Shown: piece by piece, positions 1 through 14,129 of the stretch
How positions within the stretch are numbered: the stretch's first letter is position 1
How the letters are laid out: the number at the start of each line of letters is the position of its first letter
Assembly (NCBI GenBank): GCA_951406725.2
Contig: OX597824.1
Span: 78,430,001 to 78,494,000 of the forward strand
Direction of reading: 5' to 3'
Source: Octopus vulgaris
Lineage: Eukaryota
DNA length: 64,000 bases
Program-made: the position numbers and the translations under genes
The notes under the pieces: model-generated
Told to the model about the DNA's origin: nothing
What the model saw: the letters and a program-made list of their open reading frames with translations, nothing else
The model's database searches: none

Positions 1-464
1 AGAAAGGAGGAAAAAGGAAAGAAGAAAAGAAGGAAATAAAAAGGAGATGAGATTCAAATCCTCCCATAGCAACAGATCTTCGTCTCTAAAGAGATAGTCT
101 CTCTATTTTTCTGCATTTTTATTAAGGTAATAAACATTAATATTTAATTTTAAATATAATAGTAATATTCCCCTTTAAGAAAAAGATATCAAGTACCCAT
201 GAACCAAAAAATTTCTCATAAAAATATGTGGAGAATTTCTTTCTTTCTTTCTACGGGACTTGAAAGTTGTATGAATGATTAAGGGAAAGAAAAATAAAAT
301 AAGAAAAAAGGACGGGCAGCGGTAGCTATGGATGACTGTTTGAAATGTCGACATTTTCAATTTCCTCTATTTTTCTTGAAGGGGGAAATGAAAATTTTAT
401 CAACTTAATCAAATGGCAGGAAAACAGACTAACTTTGAGTTTTAGCATAATATAGATATATATG

Positions 465-695
465 TACATTAAGCGGGTCGCTGAAAAATTCCGGGTTTTG
501 GGTAAAAGAAAATATAGGCGGATCAGTTAAATACGATTTTATTCAACATGTTCTCGTCTGAGATTCATACACTTATCGCAGCGGTCTTTCCTTTTTTTTC
601 CGTGCCCTGTAAAAGAACTCGAAAGTTCAGGCCTCCACCAAGTTCTTTCGTCGGGCCTCCAACCCTTATAGCCAGGACCTTTCCAGGACCCCTCA

Positions 696-699
<4 letters not shown>
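465..699. mobile_element. Mariner-like MITE, diverged
   Basis: Imperfect TIRs (gcgggtcgctgaaaaattccggg / gccaggacctttccaggacccctc) with TA at the edges. Confidence 0.45.
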
Positions 700-733
<34 letters not shown>

Positions 734-791
734 GCGCAAGGTAAAGTCGACCTCGGTGAAATTTAAACTCAGAACGTAAAGACGGACGAAA

Positions 792-1026
792 TACCTATTT
801 CTTTACTACGCACAAGAGGCTAAACACAGGGGAAAAGCAAGGACAGACAAAGGGCTTAAGTTGATTACATCGACCTCAGTGCGTAACTGGTACTTAATTT
901 ATCGACCCCGAAAGGATGAAAGGCATAGTCGACCTCGGCGGAATTCGAACTCAGAACGTAAAGACAGACAAAATAATGCTAAGCATTTCGTCCGGCGTAC
1001 TAACGTTTCTGCCAGCTCGCCGCCTG
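792..1026 (-). mobile_element. tRNA-derived SINE family A (Nin/Deu-like core; octopus OK-type), with partial tandem copy at 738-791
   Basis: ggcggcgagctggcagaa (A box) ... gagttcgaattcc (B box) ... cctttcatcctttcggggtcgataaattaagtacc core; aaagaaatagg tail. Confidence 0.85.
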
Positions 1027-1529
1027 CCTTGAGGAGGGGAAATAATAAGGAAACAGAGGGAAGGAAAAGCAGAGAAAATTAAATTGAGAGATGGCAAGCG
1101 GGGGGCGGTAGGGCGAAAAGGAGAGACGGATTCACAAAGAATCAGAGAAAGTGGAACATACTGAGACAATGAGAGAAAGAGAGATAGGTGAGGAGAGATG
1201 GGGAGAGGAAAAGATGGGGAGGGAGAGAGGAGGACGGTGGGGTGATCCATATTAAAATAGTTTCTGGGCTTCTCCTCTGGCGTATGACGTAGATGTTATT
1301 AAACAACAATGCATGAAACGAGTACGTATTCATAATTAACCTTCTATAGAGGAAACATTTAATTAATTGCTGATTCATTTTGGAAATAATCAAAGATTAT
1401 ATTTGTCCATTTTAAACAACAAATCTTCGCAATAAATAGAACTTTAGACACAGTGGGAAGAAAACAAAAGTAAACATCGACTCAATCACACGATGTTACG
1501 AAATTAGATGTATCCTTGCTGAGTGTTCT

Positions 1530-2047
1530 TTTATTTTTTCATTTGTCTCAGTCATTTGACTGCGGCCATGCTGCAGCACCGCCTTTAGTCGAGCAAATCA
1601 ACCTCAGGACTTTGTAAGACTAATACTTATTCTATCGGTCTCTCTTTTGCCGAACTGCTAAGTTGACGGGGACGTAAACACACCAGCATCGTTCGTCAAG
1701 CGATGCTGGGGGGGGGGGACAAACACAGACACACAAACATGTACACACACACACACATGCGCGTGATGTTGGGGGACAAACACTAAACACTATCACACAA
1801 ACATATACACACACACACACTCACACACACACACACACACACACTCACACACACACACACATATATATATATGTGTGTGTATACGATGTGCTTCTTTCAG
1901 TTTCCGTCTACCAAATCCACTCAGAAGGCTTTGGTCGGCCCAAGGCTATAGTAGAAGACATTTGCCCAAGGTGCCACGCATTGGGGCTGAACCCGGAACT
2001 ATGTAGTTGGTAAGCAAGCTACTTACCGCACATCCACTCCTGCGCCT
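1530..2047 (-). mobile_element. tRNA-derived CORE-type SINE family B (octopus OR-type) with internal microsatellite
   Basis: ggcgcaggagtgg..tggtaag (A box), gggttcag.ccc (B box), ccttgggcaa.tgtctt CORE motif, internal (TA)/(TG), tail gactga.acaa. Confidence 0.85.
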
Positions 2048-2100
2048 ATAATCTGTGAATGTATGGGAATCAGTGTGTTTGTGTATGGGGTGGAGGTGCA

Positions 2101-2132
<32 letters not shown>

Positions 2133-2319
2133 CTGTACGTATCTATGAGTGTGTATGTGTGAATAAATGCGTGTGAGGTTCTGGGCATATGAGTTTGTGC
2201 ATTTGTATGTGTCTGAACGTGTGTGCGTGTATGTGTGTGTAAGAGAGAGAGAGAGAGAGAGAAGGATTGTGCGTGTGTGGATAATAGCGTGTGAAGGTGT
2301 GTGTGTGTGTGTGTATGTG

Positions 2320-2355
<36 letters not shown>

Positions 2356-3039
2356 GCATGTCAGTGCGACTGAGTGTGCGTGTGTGTGTGTGTGTATGCA
2401 TGTCTGAGTGTGTGCATATGTTGTGCGTGTGGCAAGGTGCACCATCTTGTTGAAAAACTGTATTCTATATCAGTTCTAACTGTCCGAGTAATTATGTAGC
2501 AGGCTGGAAAGCGAAACATTTTCCAATCGAAGTTGGATGCAGAGGGTTTGTTGGACACAGTGTGAGGCGACTGTTGTTATCTTTAGGTCTAACTCATTGT
2601 AAAGTCAATACTACCATGACAGATATCCAAACTACAGTGGAGAAGGCTAACTACTGGATTTGGTTAAAAAGAGACGATGAGCGATGGCAAGAAGAATATT
2701 GAGCTTTATTTGATAACCAGTTGATCTAGCAAGCGGGGCCTCATATCAGTGCGCATTGATGCCGTCGAGAGGTAGACCCCGAAACGGCGTGCATTCTCTC
2801 CTGATGACCCCATACACTTGCTGGCTTACGGTATGCGGAGTTTTTGACTGGTGGCACTTGCATGTGCAAGTTATTTGCAAGACATCATTGTATACATAAC
2901 GTTATGTACTCTCTATATAGAGATATATACGAACACATATACAGTCTGTTCGGACCAAATTTGACAATTTTCAAGCCTCCTCTTTTCAGAAACAACTTGA
3001 TATATTGCTGATCAATCAACGACGTTGAAGAACCTAAAT

Positions 3040-3369
3040 ATTAAAGTTGTACGTAGAAACAGCACAGCTCCCGTGACTTCAGGAAACATTTTGTCACGCT
3101 GAGAGTTGCTGAAGCATGGAACAAACTGCCGGCATCAGTTGTCAGAGCACTGCATCCTTCAAAACTTCCATTCTTTCTGAGATTCGCCAACACTACACCT
3201 GATTTTCTCCCCTCCATACACACACAGGCATGCATCTGACTCATACATTGTTCGCTTTCCAGACATTTTTACATTACTGCATGTAATTTATATGCACTTT
3301 CTGACAAGTTGTGGTGCACCTGAGCACTGTATACAATAATTTCATTATTATGATTATTATTATTATTAT
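3040..3369 (+). mobile_element. CR1/L2-type LINE 3' end with (ATT)n tail
   Basis: RDFRKHFVTLRVAEAWNKLPASVV matches the CR1 C-terminal R..FF..RV...WN.LP..VV motif; tail at 3344-3369. Confidence 0.75.
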
Positions 3370-3987
3370 ATGTGTGTCCTGGCTGGGTCCGCTATATGAA
3401 GTTTGATTTTGAGCTTACGTTATTGATAATTACATATACGAATGTGAATAATGTATATAAAATTGTTGGGAGTGAAGTAAATAGAAGATAGTAATGAACA
3501 AACTTAAAGGTTATCTTTCTATCTGACGCAATACTATAGATAGAAAATAACTTATGTCTCCTTAACATAAAGCTTCAAATTGAAAGCAAATAGTGATGCA
3601 ATATATAAATGTTTCTAAATAAAACGAAATAATAGTTTAGCAAAGAAAATGACAAGGTTATTAAGAAGACATATACACAAACACACACACACACACATAG
3701 ATATATATTTATGTATGTGTATGCATATAAGAGTATGCATTTTTATACATATGTATAATATATGTATGTTATATATATGTGTGTGTGTATGTGTATAAAA
3801 GCGTCATATTTCGCTCAACAATTCTTGTCAAATTGGTATTAATATATATAGCATATACATATGTCTGTAAGTATATATAAGCATATAGATATGTCTGTGT
3901 ATATATATGCATATATACTATATACGATATTAAGTAGGTATACACATGCACTAGCACACACACACATATATATATATATATATACAT

Positions 3988-4047
<60 letters not shown>

Positions 4048-4062
4048 TTATACATATATATG

Positions 4063-4097
<35 letters not shown>

Positions 4098-4746
4098 TTT
4101 TACATATATATGTATGTATATATATATTAGCAAATATCCTTCAACCATTATTGTCAAATTGTTACTAATATATAAAGTATGTATTATGTATTACGTATGT
4201 ATGCATGTATATGTAGAGAAACAGACCAGCAGAGTGATAGATAGGTAGTTAGGTAGGTGGTTAGATAGATAGATAGATAGATAGATACATACATACATAC
4301 ATACATACATACATACATACATACATACATACATACATAAATACATACATACATACATACATACATACATACATACATACATACATACATACATACATAC
4401 ATACATACATACATACATACATACATACATAGATGCATAGGAGATGAATTAATTGTGCATTTTAAAGAAGTTGTTGTTGAAACATACTTTTACAAGAGTA
4501 GAACACTTCTGTTAGAATAAAATAAAGACGAAAATAAAATAGTTACACTTAGTTATTCTGAAAATAAACCTTATGATTTCCCGAGTAAATTTAGTTGACA
4601 CATGAGAATGGAAGTAAGCGAAACTATTATACAATATAAAATAGTGATAGAAGAGAGAAGAATATTCGATAATTTAAGTATAGATAGCCTCAATATACGA
4701 TGGGAAAACTTAGATATATGTACATATGAACACATACATGTAAATA

Positions 4747-4810
<64 letters not shown>

Positions 4811-4824
4811 CATGTATATATATA

Positions 4825-4870
<46 letters not shown>

Positions 4871-5111
4871 GTGAAATAGAAAGATGAATAATCTTGTAGC
4901 AGATTAATCAAAAGTTTAACCGATACCTTGGTAGCAAAAATCACAGCAGAAGACAGCACGGTTGGAGGTACAACCATATGGTGTTGCAACCGTGCGTTGG
5001 TGCGGATAATTGAAATGAAAATATTATTGGTGAATTGAAGAAATGGAGCTGAACGAAGATTGAACGATTTCTGTTCAATCTTCGTTCAGCTCCATTTTTT
5101 CAATTCACCAA

Positions 5112-5205
<94 letters not shown>

Positions 5206-5229
5206 GACAGATAGTCAGATAGTCAGATG

Positions 5230-5273
<44 letters not shown>

Positions 5274-5358
5274 CATGTATTCTTCACAGTCACACACACA
5301 CACATATATATATATATGTTTATGTATATATATATATGCATACATACGTACATGTATA

Positions 5359-5410
<52 letters not shown>

Positions 5411-5858
5411 TCACACGCACACACACGCATATACATATATATTACGCATACATACAAGCCTATATACATATATTCACACACCTATATGCAAATAATCTAG
5501 TACATAATTAACCCTAAACTTACCCTTTGTTGTAAAAGTGAAACGTCGTGCGCTAATAATATCCCAGATAGAAAGACACAGAATTACTATTATAAGAAAA
5601 CCATTATAGAGCTCTCCGCATACAATTTACGATATAAAGGAATGCACGCATGCAAATAGAACGGCGCCAGAAAATAATTAAAGAATAGCTAAGACATTAT
5701 AGAGATTTTAAACATAGCAAACACAGCTATGTATGAAATTGAATGCACGAATCGAAATATGATACATGAATTAAACACACACTAATACAAATATACGTGT
5801 GTGTGTGTATCTATATAAATATAAATATAAATATATATATAGTTATATTTACATAAAT

Positions 5859-5953
<95 letters not shown>

Positions 5954-6196
5954 ATAAATATTAGGAATAAATCCAAATTTACAGGGAAAAATCAGATTTA
6001 GGATTGAATCCAATTTTATAGTAAAATATTATATTATATTAAATTAGAGACAAAACCACTTATTATGCAAATCAAACAAAGAAAGACTTAAATACATAAA
6101 ATAATTTATATAATTAAATTTAATTATATAAATTATTTTATGTATTGGCTTAAGTCTTTCTTTGTTTGATTTGCATAATAGTGGTTTTGTCTCTAA

Positions 6197-6267
<71 letters not shown>

Positions 6268-6952
6268 GTATACATATATATGCGCAGCAGTGGTTGTGTG
6301 GAAAAGAATCTTGCTCCCCAACCACATAGATCTGTGCTCAGTCCTACTCCATGGCACCTTGGGCAAGTACCTTCTCCTATAGCTTCGGGCCGACCAACAA
6401 CTTGTGAATGGATTTGGTAGACGGACATTGACAGAAGGCCGTCGTGTATATATATATATAGAATAAGTACTAGGCTTACAAAATCCTGGGGTCGATTTGT
6501 TCGACTAAAGACGGTGTTCTACAATGGACGCAGTTAAATGACTGAAACAAAATACTAAAAAGTAAAGAGTATATAAATTCATAGACTACAACTATATATA
6601 TATATATGTATGTATGTATTTATGTATGCATGTATGTATAGATATACTTATAGACATATATGTACGTATTCATATATACATATATGTGTATATATTCATA
6701 GGTGTATACATATATATATATAAATAAATATATATATATATAAAACTAATTCTAGGATGGAATTTATAAATATTTAATACATCGCTACCTACTGTTTTAC
6801 AATTCACATGAGTGCCAAAGTCCCTTTTACAAAACTTGCTTGTAAATATCTGATTTTCCCTTGTTACCCCTTTTGCATTCTCCCTTACTTCATCTAATTT
6901 TAATTTACTTTATTTCATTAAACCTTTTTTGATATGATTCCAAAAATTCTTC

Positions 6953-7049
6953 ACACTGATGAGAATGACAATGCATAAATTCAATTAAAATTACTATGAT
7001 TATAATTTTTTCTTACATATTTGTATTCTCCTTTGAAACGCGCGTATGT
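6953..7049 (+). ncRNA. Hammerhead-like motif with long stem II (possibly decayed)
   Basis: aca-CTGATGA-gaatgacaa...ttgtattc-tccttt-GAAA-cgcgcg-TA-tgt. Palindromic ACGCGCGT. Inside a ~555-bp insert between (TA)n tracts (6742-7298). Confidence 0.55.
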
Positions 7050-7298
7050 ATTGAATCCTATTTTGCATTAAATCTAAATTTTGATGCAACATCTTTTCCC
7101 CCTCCATTTTTCTATTATTGTTTATGCTATATTTATCCGTCTAACGATATATTTCAAATGCTATTTCTATATTCTTATTACTTGCGCTGGCTGTTTCTTA
7201 TGAATATGATGAATCTTTATTGGAAATCATTCTTTATCTTTATTTGGACCTCTCAAAAAGTTGGAATTATTCTTTTTTGAACTTATTCTCCCCCACCC

Positions 7299-7333
<35 letters not shown>

Positions 7334-7334
7334 G

Positions 7335-7365
<31 letters not shown>

Positions 7366-7483
7366 GATAGATACATACATACATACATACATACATACAT
7401 ACATACATACATACATACATACATACATACATACCTAAGTTTCTGCGGAGAGTATGTTAACATGCAGACGTATAAATAGATAA

Positions 7484-7517
<34 letters not shown>

Positions 7518-7548
7518 GGATGGATGGATGGATGGATAGATAGATAGG

Positions 7549-7609
<61 letters not shown>

Positions 7610-8055
7610 GGATAGATGGATGGATGGATACATACATATATACATACATACTTCCATACATGCATTCAGCTATATACATGCATATGCACACATGAAATAT
7701 ACATATTACATAAACACACACAAATACACGTAAGTACATACACTACATATACACACGCACACACATAAACACACACACATATACATATATATACAAATAT
7801 ATATAGATAGATACGCGTGCATGTGTGTGTATAGATGTATGGTCGGATTTGCGTACGCATGTCTATGTGTGTGTGTGTGTGTGGATGGGTGTGGGGGGTG
7901 TGTAAGGATGTATTTGCAAATAAAATACAAAGACCAATGTATACTTAAAGATCAATATACATGACTGCTTTTTGAAATAATGAATTTGGCATTTTAGCAA
8001 ATTAGAACTAAGATTAACGCACGAATATAGATTTAGCAAGCAAATGTGAACAAAT

Positions 8056-8590
8056 AGGCGTAGAAGTGGCTGTGTGGTAAGTAGCTGGCTTACGAACCAC
8101 TGCGTGGCACCTTGGGCAAGTGTCGTCTACTTTAGCCTCGGGCCGACCAAAGCCTTGTGAGTGGATTTGGTAGACGGAAACTGAAAGAAGCCCGTCGTAT
8201 ATACGCATAAAAAGATATATATGTATGTGTGTGTTAGTTAGTTAATTTTTGGCTCAAAAGCAAATAGCAAGGCCATGTAGGGGGACATGGAGTTAAATAC
8301 AGGGTGGTGTTCATGTAAAGAGTTCAGGCCACTTGAGGTCAAGGGAGACTTTGAACAAATGTGTGTGTGTGTGTGTATGTTTGTGTGTCCCCCCACCACC
8401 GCTTGACAACCGATGCTGGTGTGTTTACGTCCCCGTAATCTAGCGGTTCGACAAAACAGACCGATAGATTAAGTACTAGGCTTACAAAGAAAAAGACATG
8501 GGATCGATTTGCTCGACTAAAGGCGGTGCTCCAGCATGGCCACAGTCAAATTACTGAAACAAGTAAAAGAGTAAAGGAGTAAAAGAGTAA
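8056..8590 (+). mobile_element. SINE family B with a foreign insertion (8232-8360) in its internal microsatellite
   Basis: Consensus match; (gtaaaaga)n-type tail. Confidence 0.8.
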
Positions 8591-8743
8591 ATATGTGAAT
8601 TATTTAGATTACTAGGAGGGTAATATGTAAGAAATGCGGAGCGTTTATTTAATAAAAATTTCCTTACAAGAAATAACTTCTTTTTCCTTTCCCTTGGTGC
8701 ATAAGCTTCATCACTTTTGATCAGCACTATATGTGTGTATATG

Positions 8744-8820
<77 letters not shown>

Positions 8821-8936
8821 ATGTGTGTGTGTGTGTTTATGTGTGTGTGTACTATTTAATAAAGTTTTCTTACAAGAAATAATTTCTCTTTCCTTTGATA
8901 CATAAGATACATCACTTTTGATCACCATTCTATTTG

Positions 8937-8975
<39 letters not shown>

Positions 8976-9002
8976 CATACATACAGACACACACACACAC
9001 AC

Positions 9003-9034
<32 letters not shown>

Positions 9035-9364
9035 TGATTGATTGATTAGAGAACAAGCATCACATTCCGGTCAATGACTTTATATATAACACCATGCTTC
9101 AATATAAAGTCGTTGACCGAATTTGATTTCTGTTCTCTAATCAATGTTTTTTGTTTCTGTCCCAAATTTAATTGCGCATTCCTTTTTGCAGTCCTTTGAG
9201 CCCTTTTGTCTCTCTAAAAATGATTCGTGTCTGTATATGTGGCGGGGTATGTGGGTATGTGGGTGGGTGTGCGGGTGTGTGGGTGGGTGTGCGGGTGTGT
9301 GGGTGGGTGGGTGTGCGGGTGTGTGGGTGGGTGTGCGGGTGGGTGGGTGTGTGGGTGGGTGTGT

Positions 9365-10030
9365 TCTTTTATTCTTTTATTCCTTTATTTGTTTCAGTCA
9401 TTTGACTGCGACCATGCTAGAGCACCGCCTATAGTCGAGCAAATCGACCCTAGGAGTTATTCTTTGTAAACCTAGTACTTACTCTATCGTTTTCTCCTGC
9501 CGAACTGCTAAGTTACGGGGACGTAAACACACCAGCGTCGATGGTCAAGCGATGCTGGGAGAACAAACACAGACACACAAACATATACATACACATAATA
9601 TACATACATACATACATGCATACATACATGCATACATACATACATACATACATACATACATACATACATACATACATACATACATACATACATACATACA
9701 TGTATATATAAATGGATGAATGAATTATCATTTATTTACCGTTAACATGGATAATTCAATAAACAGTTACCAGGGTAGCAAAATTCATGCAAGTAACAAG
9801 GATGTAGCGACCTATTCAAAGTAGAAGCTCCGGGTTAATGTGCAGTAATTTGTATAGTATAAGTAAATAAAAGAATTTGAATAACATCTGCGTTCAACTC
9901 CATTTATATATATATACGACGGGTTTCTTTCAGTTTCCGTCTAGCAAATCCACTCGCAAGGCTTTGCCCAAGGTGCCACGCAGTGGGACTGAACCCAGAA
10001 CTATGTGGTTGGTAAGCAAGCTACTTACCG
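9365..10030 (-). mobile_element. SINE family B with ~200-bp insert in its internal microsatellite
   Basis: Consensus match. Confidence 0.8.
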
Positions 10031-10239
10031 CACAGCCGCTCCTGCTCCTATGTGTGTGTATCCTGTATGTGTAGCTTTTTACCTTTTATCACTTATTCGT
10101 TTCAATCATTAGAACTTCAAGAATTTCAATCGAATGAATCTACCCCCAGTGCTTTTCTTTTCTTTATCGAATCAGCTTTCTCCCTTTTCGTTTTAAGAAG
10201 CCTAATTTCTCATTGCTGGCATTTAGGCAGTTTGTTACA

Positions 10240-10345
10240 TGTCCCAGTGCCCCAATAATTACAGGTATTAACCTGTACTTTTAATCTAGATATAGTAACT
10301 GCAAATTTCTCAATAGCTCAGAGTCAGTATTTTCTCTTTTGCTAA
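10240..10345 (-). mobile_element. Short RLE-element fragment adjacent to (TATG)n
   Basis: SKRENTDSELLRNLQLLY matches KKENTYVELLRTLQLLY encoded at ~37670-37725. Confidence 0.6.
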
Positions 10346-11110
10346 GTATGTATGTATGCATGTATGTATGTATGTATGTATGTATGTATGTATGTATGTA
10401 TGTATGTATGTATGTATGTTTGTATGTATGTATGTATGTATGTATGTATGCATGCATGTATGTATTTATGTATGTATGTATGTATGTATGTATGTATGTT
10501 TGTATGTATGTATGTATGTATGTATGTATGTATGCATGCATGTATGTATTTATGTATGCATGTATGTATGTATGTTTGTATGTATGTATGTATTATGTAT
10601 GTATGTATGTATGTATGTATGTATGTATGTATGTATGTACGTACGTATGTATGTATGTATGTATGTATGTATGTATGTATGCATGCATGTATGTATGTAT
10701 GTATGTATGTATGTATGTATGTATGTACGTACCTATGTATGTATGTATGTATGTATGTAATTATTCAGTTTATTTCGAGACGTCTTGCCAATAGAGAAGG
10801 AACCAGTTTCTAACCGAAATCCAAGGCTCCTCCATTGGAATTTCAACCTCAACACCAGGGTATGTATGTACGCATGTATGTATATATGTATGCATGCATG
10901 CATGTATGTATGTATGTATGTATGTATGCATGCATGCATGTATGTATGTATGTATGTATGTATGTATGTATGTATGTATGTATGTACGCATGTATGTATA
11001 TATGTATGCATGCATGCATGTATGTATGTATGTATGTATGTATGTATGTATGTATGTATGTATGTATGTATGTATGTATGCATGCATGTATGTATGTATG
11101 CATGCATTTA
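10345..11110. repeat. (TATG)n microsatellite field
   Basis: Direct inspection; others at 4285-4430, 12890-13120 and 21975-22397. Confidence 0.95.
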
Positions 11111-11123
11111 TGTATGTTACTTC

Positions 11124-11350
11124 GGCTGATACATCTAGTCTAGGACATTTACACCCTCCCCCATGGACAATAACATCCCAAGGACAACAGATGATGATTT
11201 AAAACGATTGGTTGTGTGGTAAGTAGCTTCCTTACCAACCACATGGTTCCGGGTTCAGTCCCACTGCGTGGCACCTTGAGCGAGTCACTTCTACTATAGC
11301 CTGGGGCCGACGGAAACTGAAAGAAACCCGTCGTATATATGTATACATAC

Positions 11351-11396
<46 letters not shown>

Positions 11397-11735
11397 GTAT
11401 TTTTGTGTGTCTGTGTTTGTCCCCCCACCATCGCTTGACAACGGATGCTTGAGTGTTTACGTTCCCGTAACCTAGCGGTTCAGCGAATGAGACCGATAGA
11501 ATAAGTACTTACAAAGAATAAGTCCTGGGGTCGATTAGCTAAACTAAAAGGTGGTGCTCCGGCATGGCCGCAGTCAAAAGACTGAAACAAGTAAAGGTGT
11601 ATAAGAGAAAAGAGAGAATATATTAGAGAGGGGGTAATTAACTAAGGGGGTGTAATTGTCCTGGGGGTAGTTGTCATCGGGGGCGGGGAATTGTCCGATG
11701 GGGCTGGTAATTGTCCTGATACGGATACATCAGCC
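11124..11735. mobile_element. MITE-like element with GGACAATTAC-type subterminal repeats, interrupted by a SINE
   Basis: ggctgatacatctagtctaggacatttac vs reverse complement of gtaattgtcctgatacggatacatcagcc; repeated (g)taattgtcc at 11650-11720. Confidence 0.45.
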
Positions 11736-12381
11736 TATCACTCCAAAAGAAAATTCCTGGCGTAGAGCCGGGTCTAAAGCTGGAAACGTCTGTCAACGCG
11801 TGTGTGTGTGTGTTTTTAAGAGTACATATGTATATCTATACGCACACACAAACACACACTCACACACACAGCATATAGATGCAAAGTACCCGCACAGACA
11901 TATATATGCATGCATGGATATATGTACATAAGTATATTTCTGTCTATGCAAACCGGTTTATGCGTGCAAACGCGGTGCAAATTTAATCAGCGGATATATG
12001 CAGCCACCGAAACTAGACAGCTTTATCAGAATGAACCATTAGAGAAAAAGTATGTTTCCAAGTCATTGGTTGAATATCAGGCACATCTCTGTAATGCAAA
12101 GTAACGGCAACTCAGATAAAAAGTAATCTGCCGTGGAGGAAGGTCTGTTGTAATAGTTTTTACTTCACAATTAAGAGCTGCAAATAGCAAAGACATACCA
12201 TATGTGCAATATCGGCGAAGAGAAACTTCCAATGGTTTTTTATATGGCAGCCGCAAATTGAGAGTGATTTAAGACCACTATTTATACGCATAAAACACAC
12301 ATGCGTATACAAGTATATAAGGATATATGTATACACATAATTCTATACATATATATATATATACATACATATATATATATG

Positions 12382-12445
<64 letters not shown>

Positions 12446-12549
12446 TATGCTTATATTGTTTTATTGGCTGTACTTTTCTATGTGCATTCCATACAATAAG
12501 TTTATTTTGAAATAGGAGTTGCGGTTCTATTGGTAAAATTACAAATTTG

Positions 12550-12586
<37 letters not shown>

Positions 12587-12664
12587 TGCTATTATAGGTG
12601 TATTAAGTTAGACATGGCCTGGGCCAATAATGGCCGAAACCTATCAAAGTATCAAAGTATCAAA

Positions 12665-12738
<74 letters not shown>

Positions 12739-12900
12739 GTATATACACATATATATATATACACACACACACACATAAGTATATTTGTGCATATGTATGT
12801 ATACTTATTAATATAATATAAATATGCATATTTGTGTACATATATTATACACATACACAAACATATATATAACATGCATTTAAATATATACATACACACG

Positions 12901-12934
<34 letters not shown>

Positions 12935-13492
12935 CGTACATACATACATACATACATACATACATACACATGTACATACATACATACATACATACATACA
13001 TACACACGTATATACATACATACATACATACATACATACATACATACATACATACATACATACATACATACATACATACATACATACATACATACATACA
13101 TACATACATACATACATACATGTGTCTGTGGTGTGAGTGTTAGCGTTTCTGAGTGTGGATGTATGTACGTACACACTTCCACATGAATCCAAATATACAC
13201 ATATCAAATGATATACACGCCTAGTTTCATAGTATAACGTCGAAATTGATGTGACAACAATTTATGGAGAATGTAAAAATAATATGGTTTTCTGTTTCGA
13301 GAAGCGAAAATATGATTAAATCTGTATAGAATTGATATATCTGTTGGTAAAGAAACCCTGTTTAAAATTGTATTATGCATTCAGATATTTATTATTACAT
13401 TATGCAGAGTGTCTGTTTGAAAATAATGTTGAATATTCAGGGCGATTATGATTAGCCTATGTACAGTGCCTGTTTGAATTTATAATAAGAAT

Positions 13493-13912
13493 AGGCGCTG
13501 GAGTGGTTGTGTGGTAAGTAGCTTGCTTACCAACCACATAGTTCCGGGTTCAGTCCCATTGCGTGGCACCTTGGGTAAGTGTCTTCTACTATAGACTCGA
13601 GCCGACCAATGCTTTGTGAGTGGATTTGGTAGACGGAAACTGAAAGAAGCCCGTCGTATATATGTATATACATATGTATGTGTGTGTATATGTTTGTGCG
13701 TCTGTGTTTGTTCCCCCAACATCGCTTGACAACAGATGCTGGTGTGTTTACGTCCCCGTAACTTAGCAGTTCGACAGGAGAAACCGATAGAAGAAGTACT
13801 AGGTTTACAAAGAATAACTCCTAGGGTCGATTTGCTCGACTAAAGGCGGTGCTCCAGCATGGCCGCCGTCAAATGACTGAAACAAGTAAAAGAGTAAAAG
13901 AGTAACAGAGTA
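13493..13912 (+). mobile_element. SINE family B
   Basis: Full-length consensus match. Confidence 0.85.
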
Positions 13913-14129
13913 TATTTATCATTGCAATAATTATTTTTGCCTTTTACTTGTTTCAGTTATTAGAGTGCGGCTATGCTGGAGCACCACCTCGAAGTCGAAC
14001 AAATCCACCCCAGTTTTTATATTTATAAAGTCGTAATGTAACTTAGCATTTCGACAAATAGATAACGATAAAATGCATATGAGTTTAAATTAGATACAGC
14101 AGTCAGTATGACCGATGATGATACACACA

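Noticed and set aside
861-1082. Recurrent MRNWYLIYRPRKDERQSRPRR ORFs
   Set aside because: Antisense translations of SINE family A.
2750-2840. GAAACGGCGT followed by CTGATGA, a possible hammerhead
   Set aside because: Could not build consistent stems I-III in any permutation; at best a decayed remnant.
10281-11202. Many MYVC/HTYI/YI-repeat ORFs here and throughout the window
   Set aside because: Translations of stop-free microsatellites.
12583-12668. ggcc-aataat-ggcc-GAAAC in a TA-flanked insert
   Set aside because: The CUGANGA half of the core is missing; not callable.
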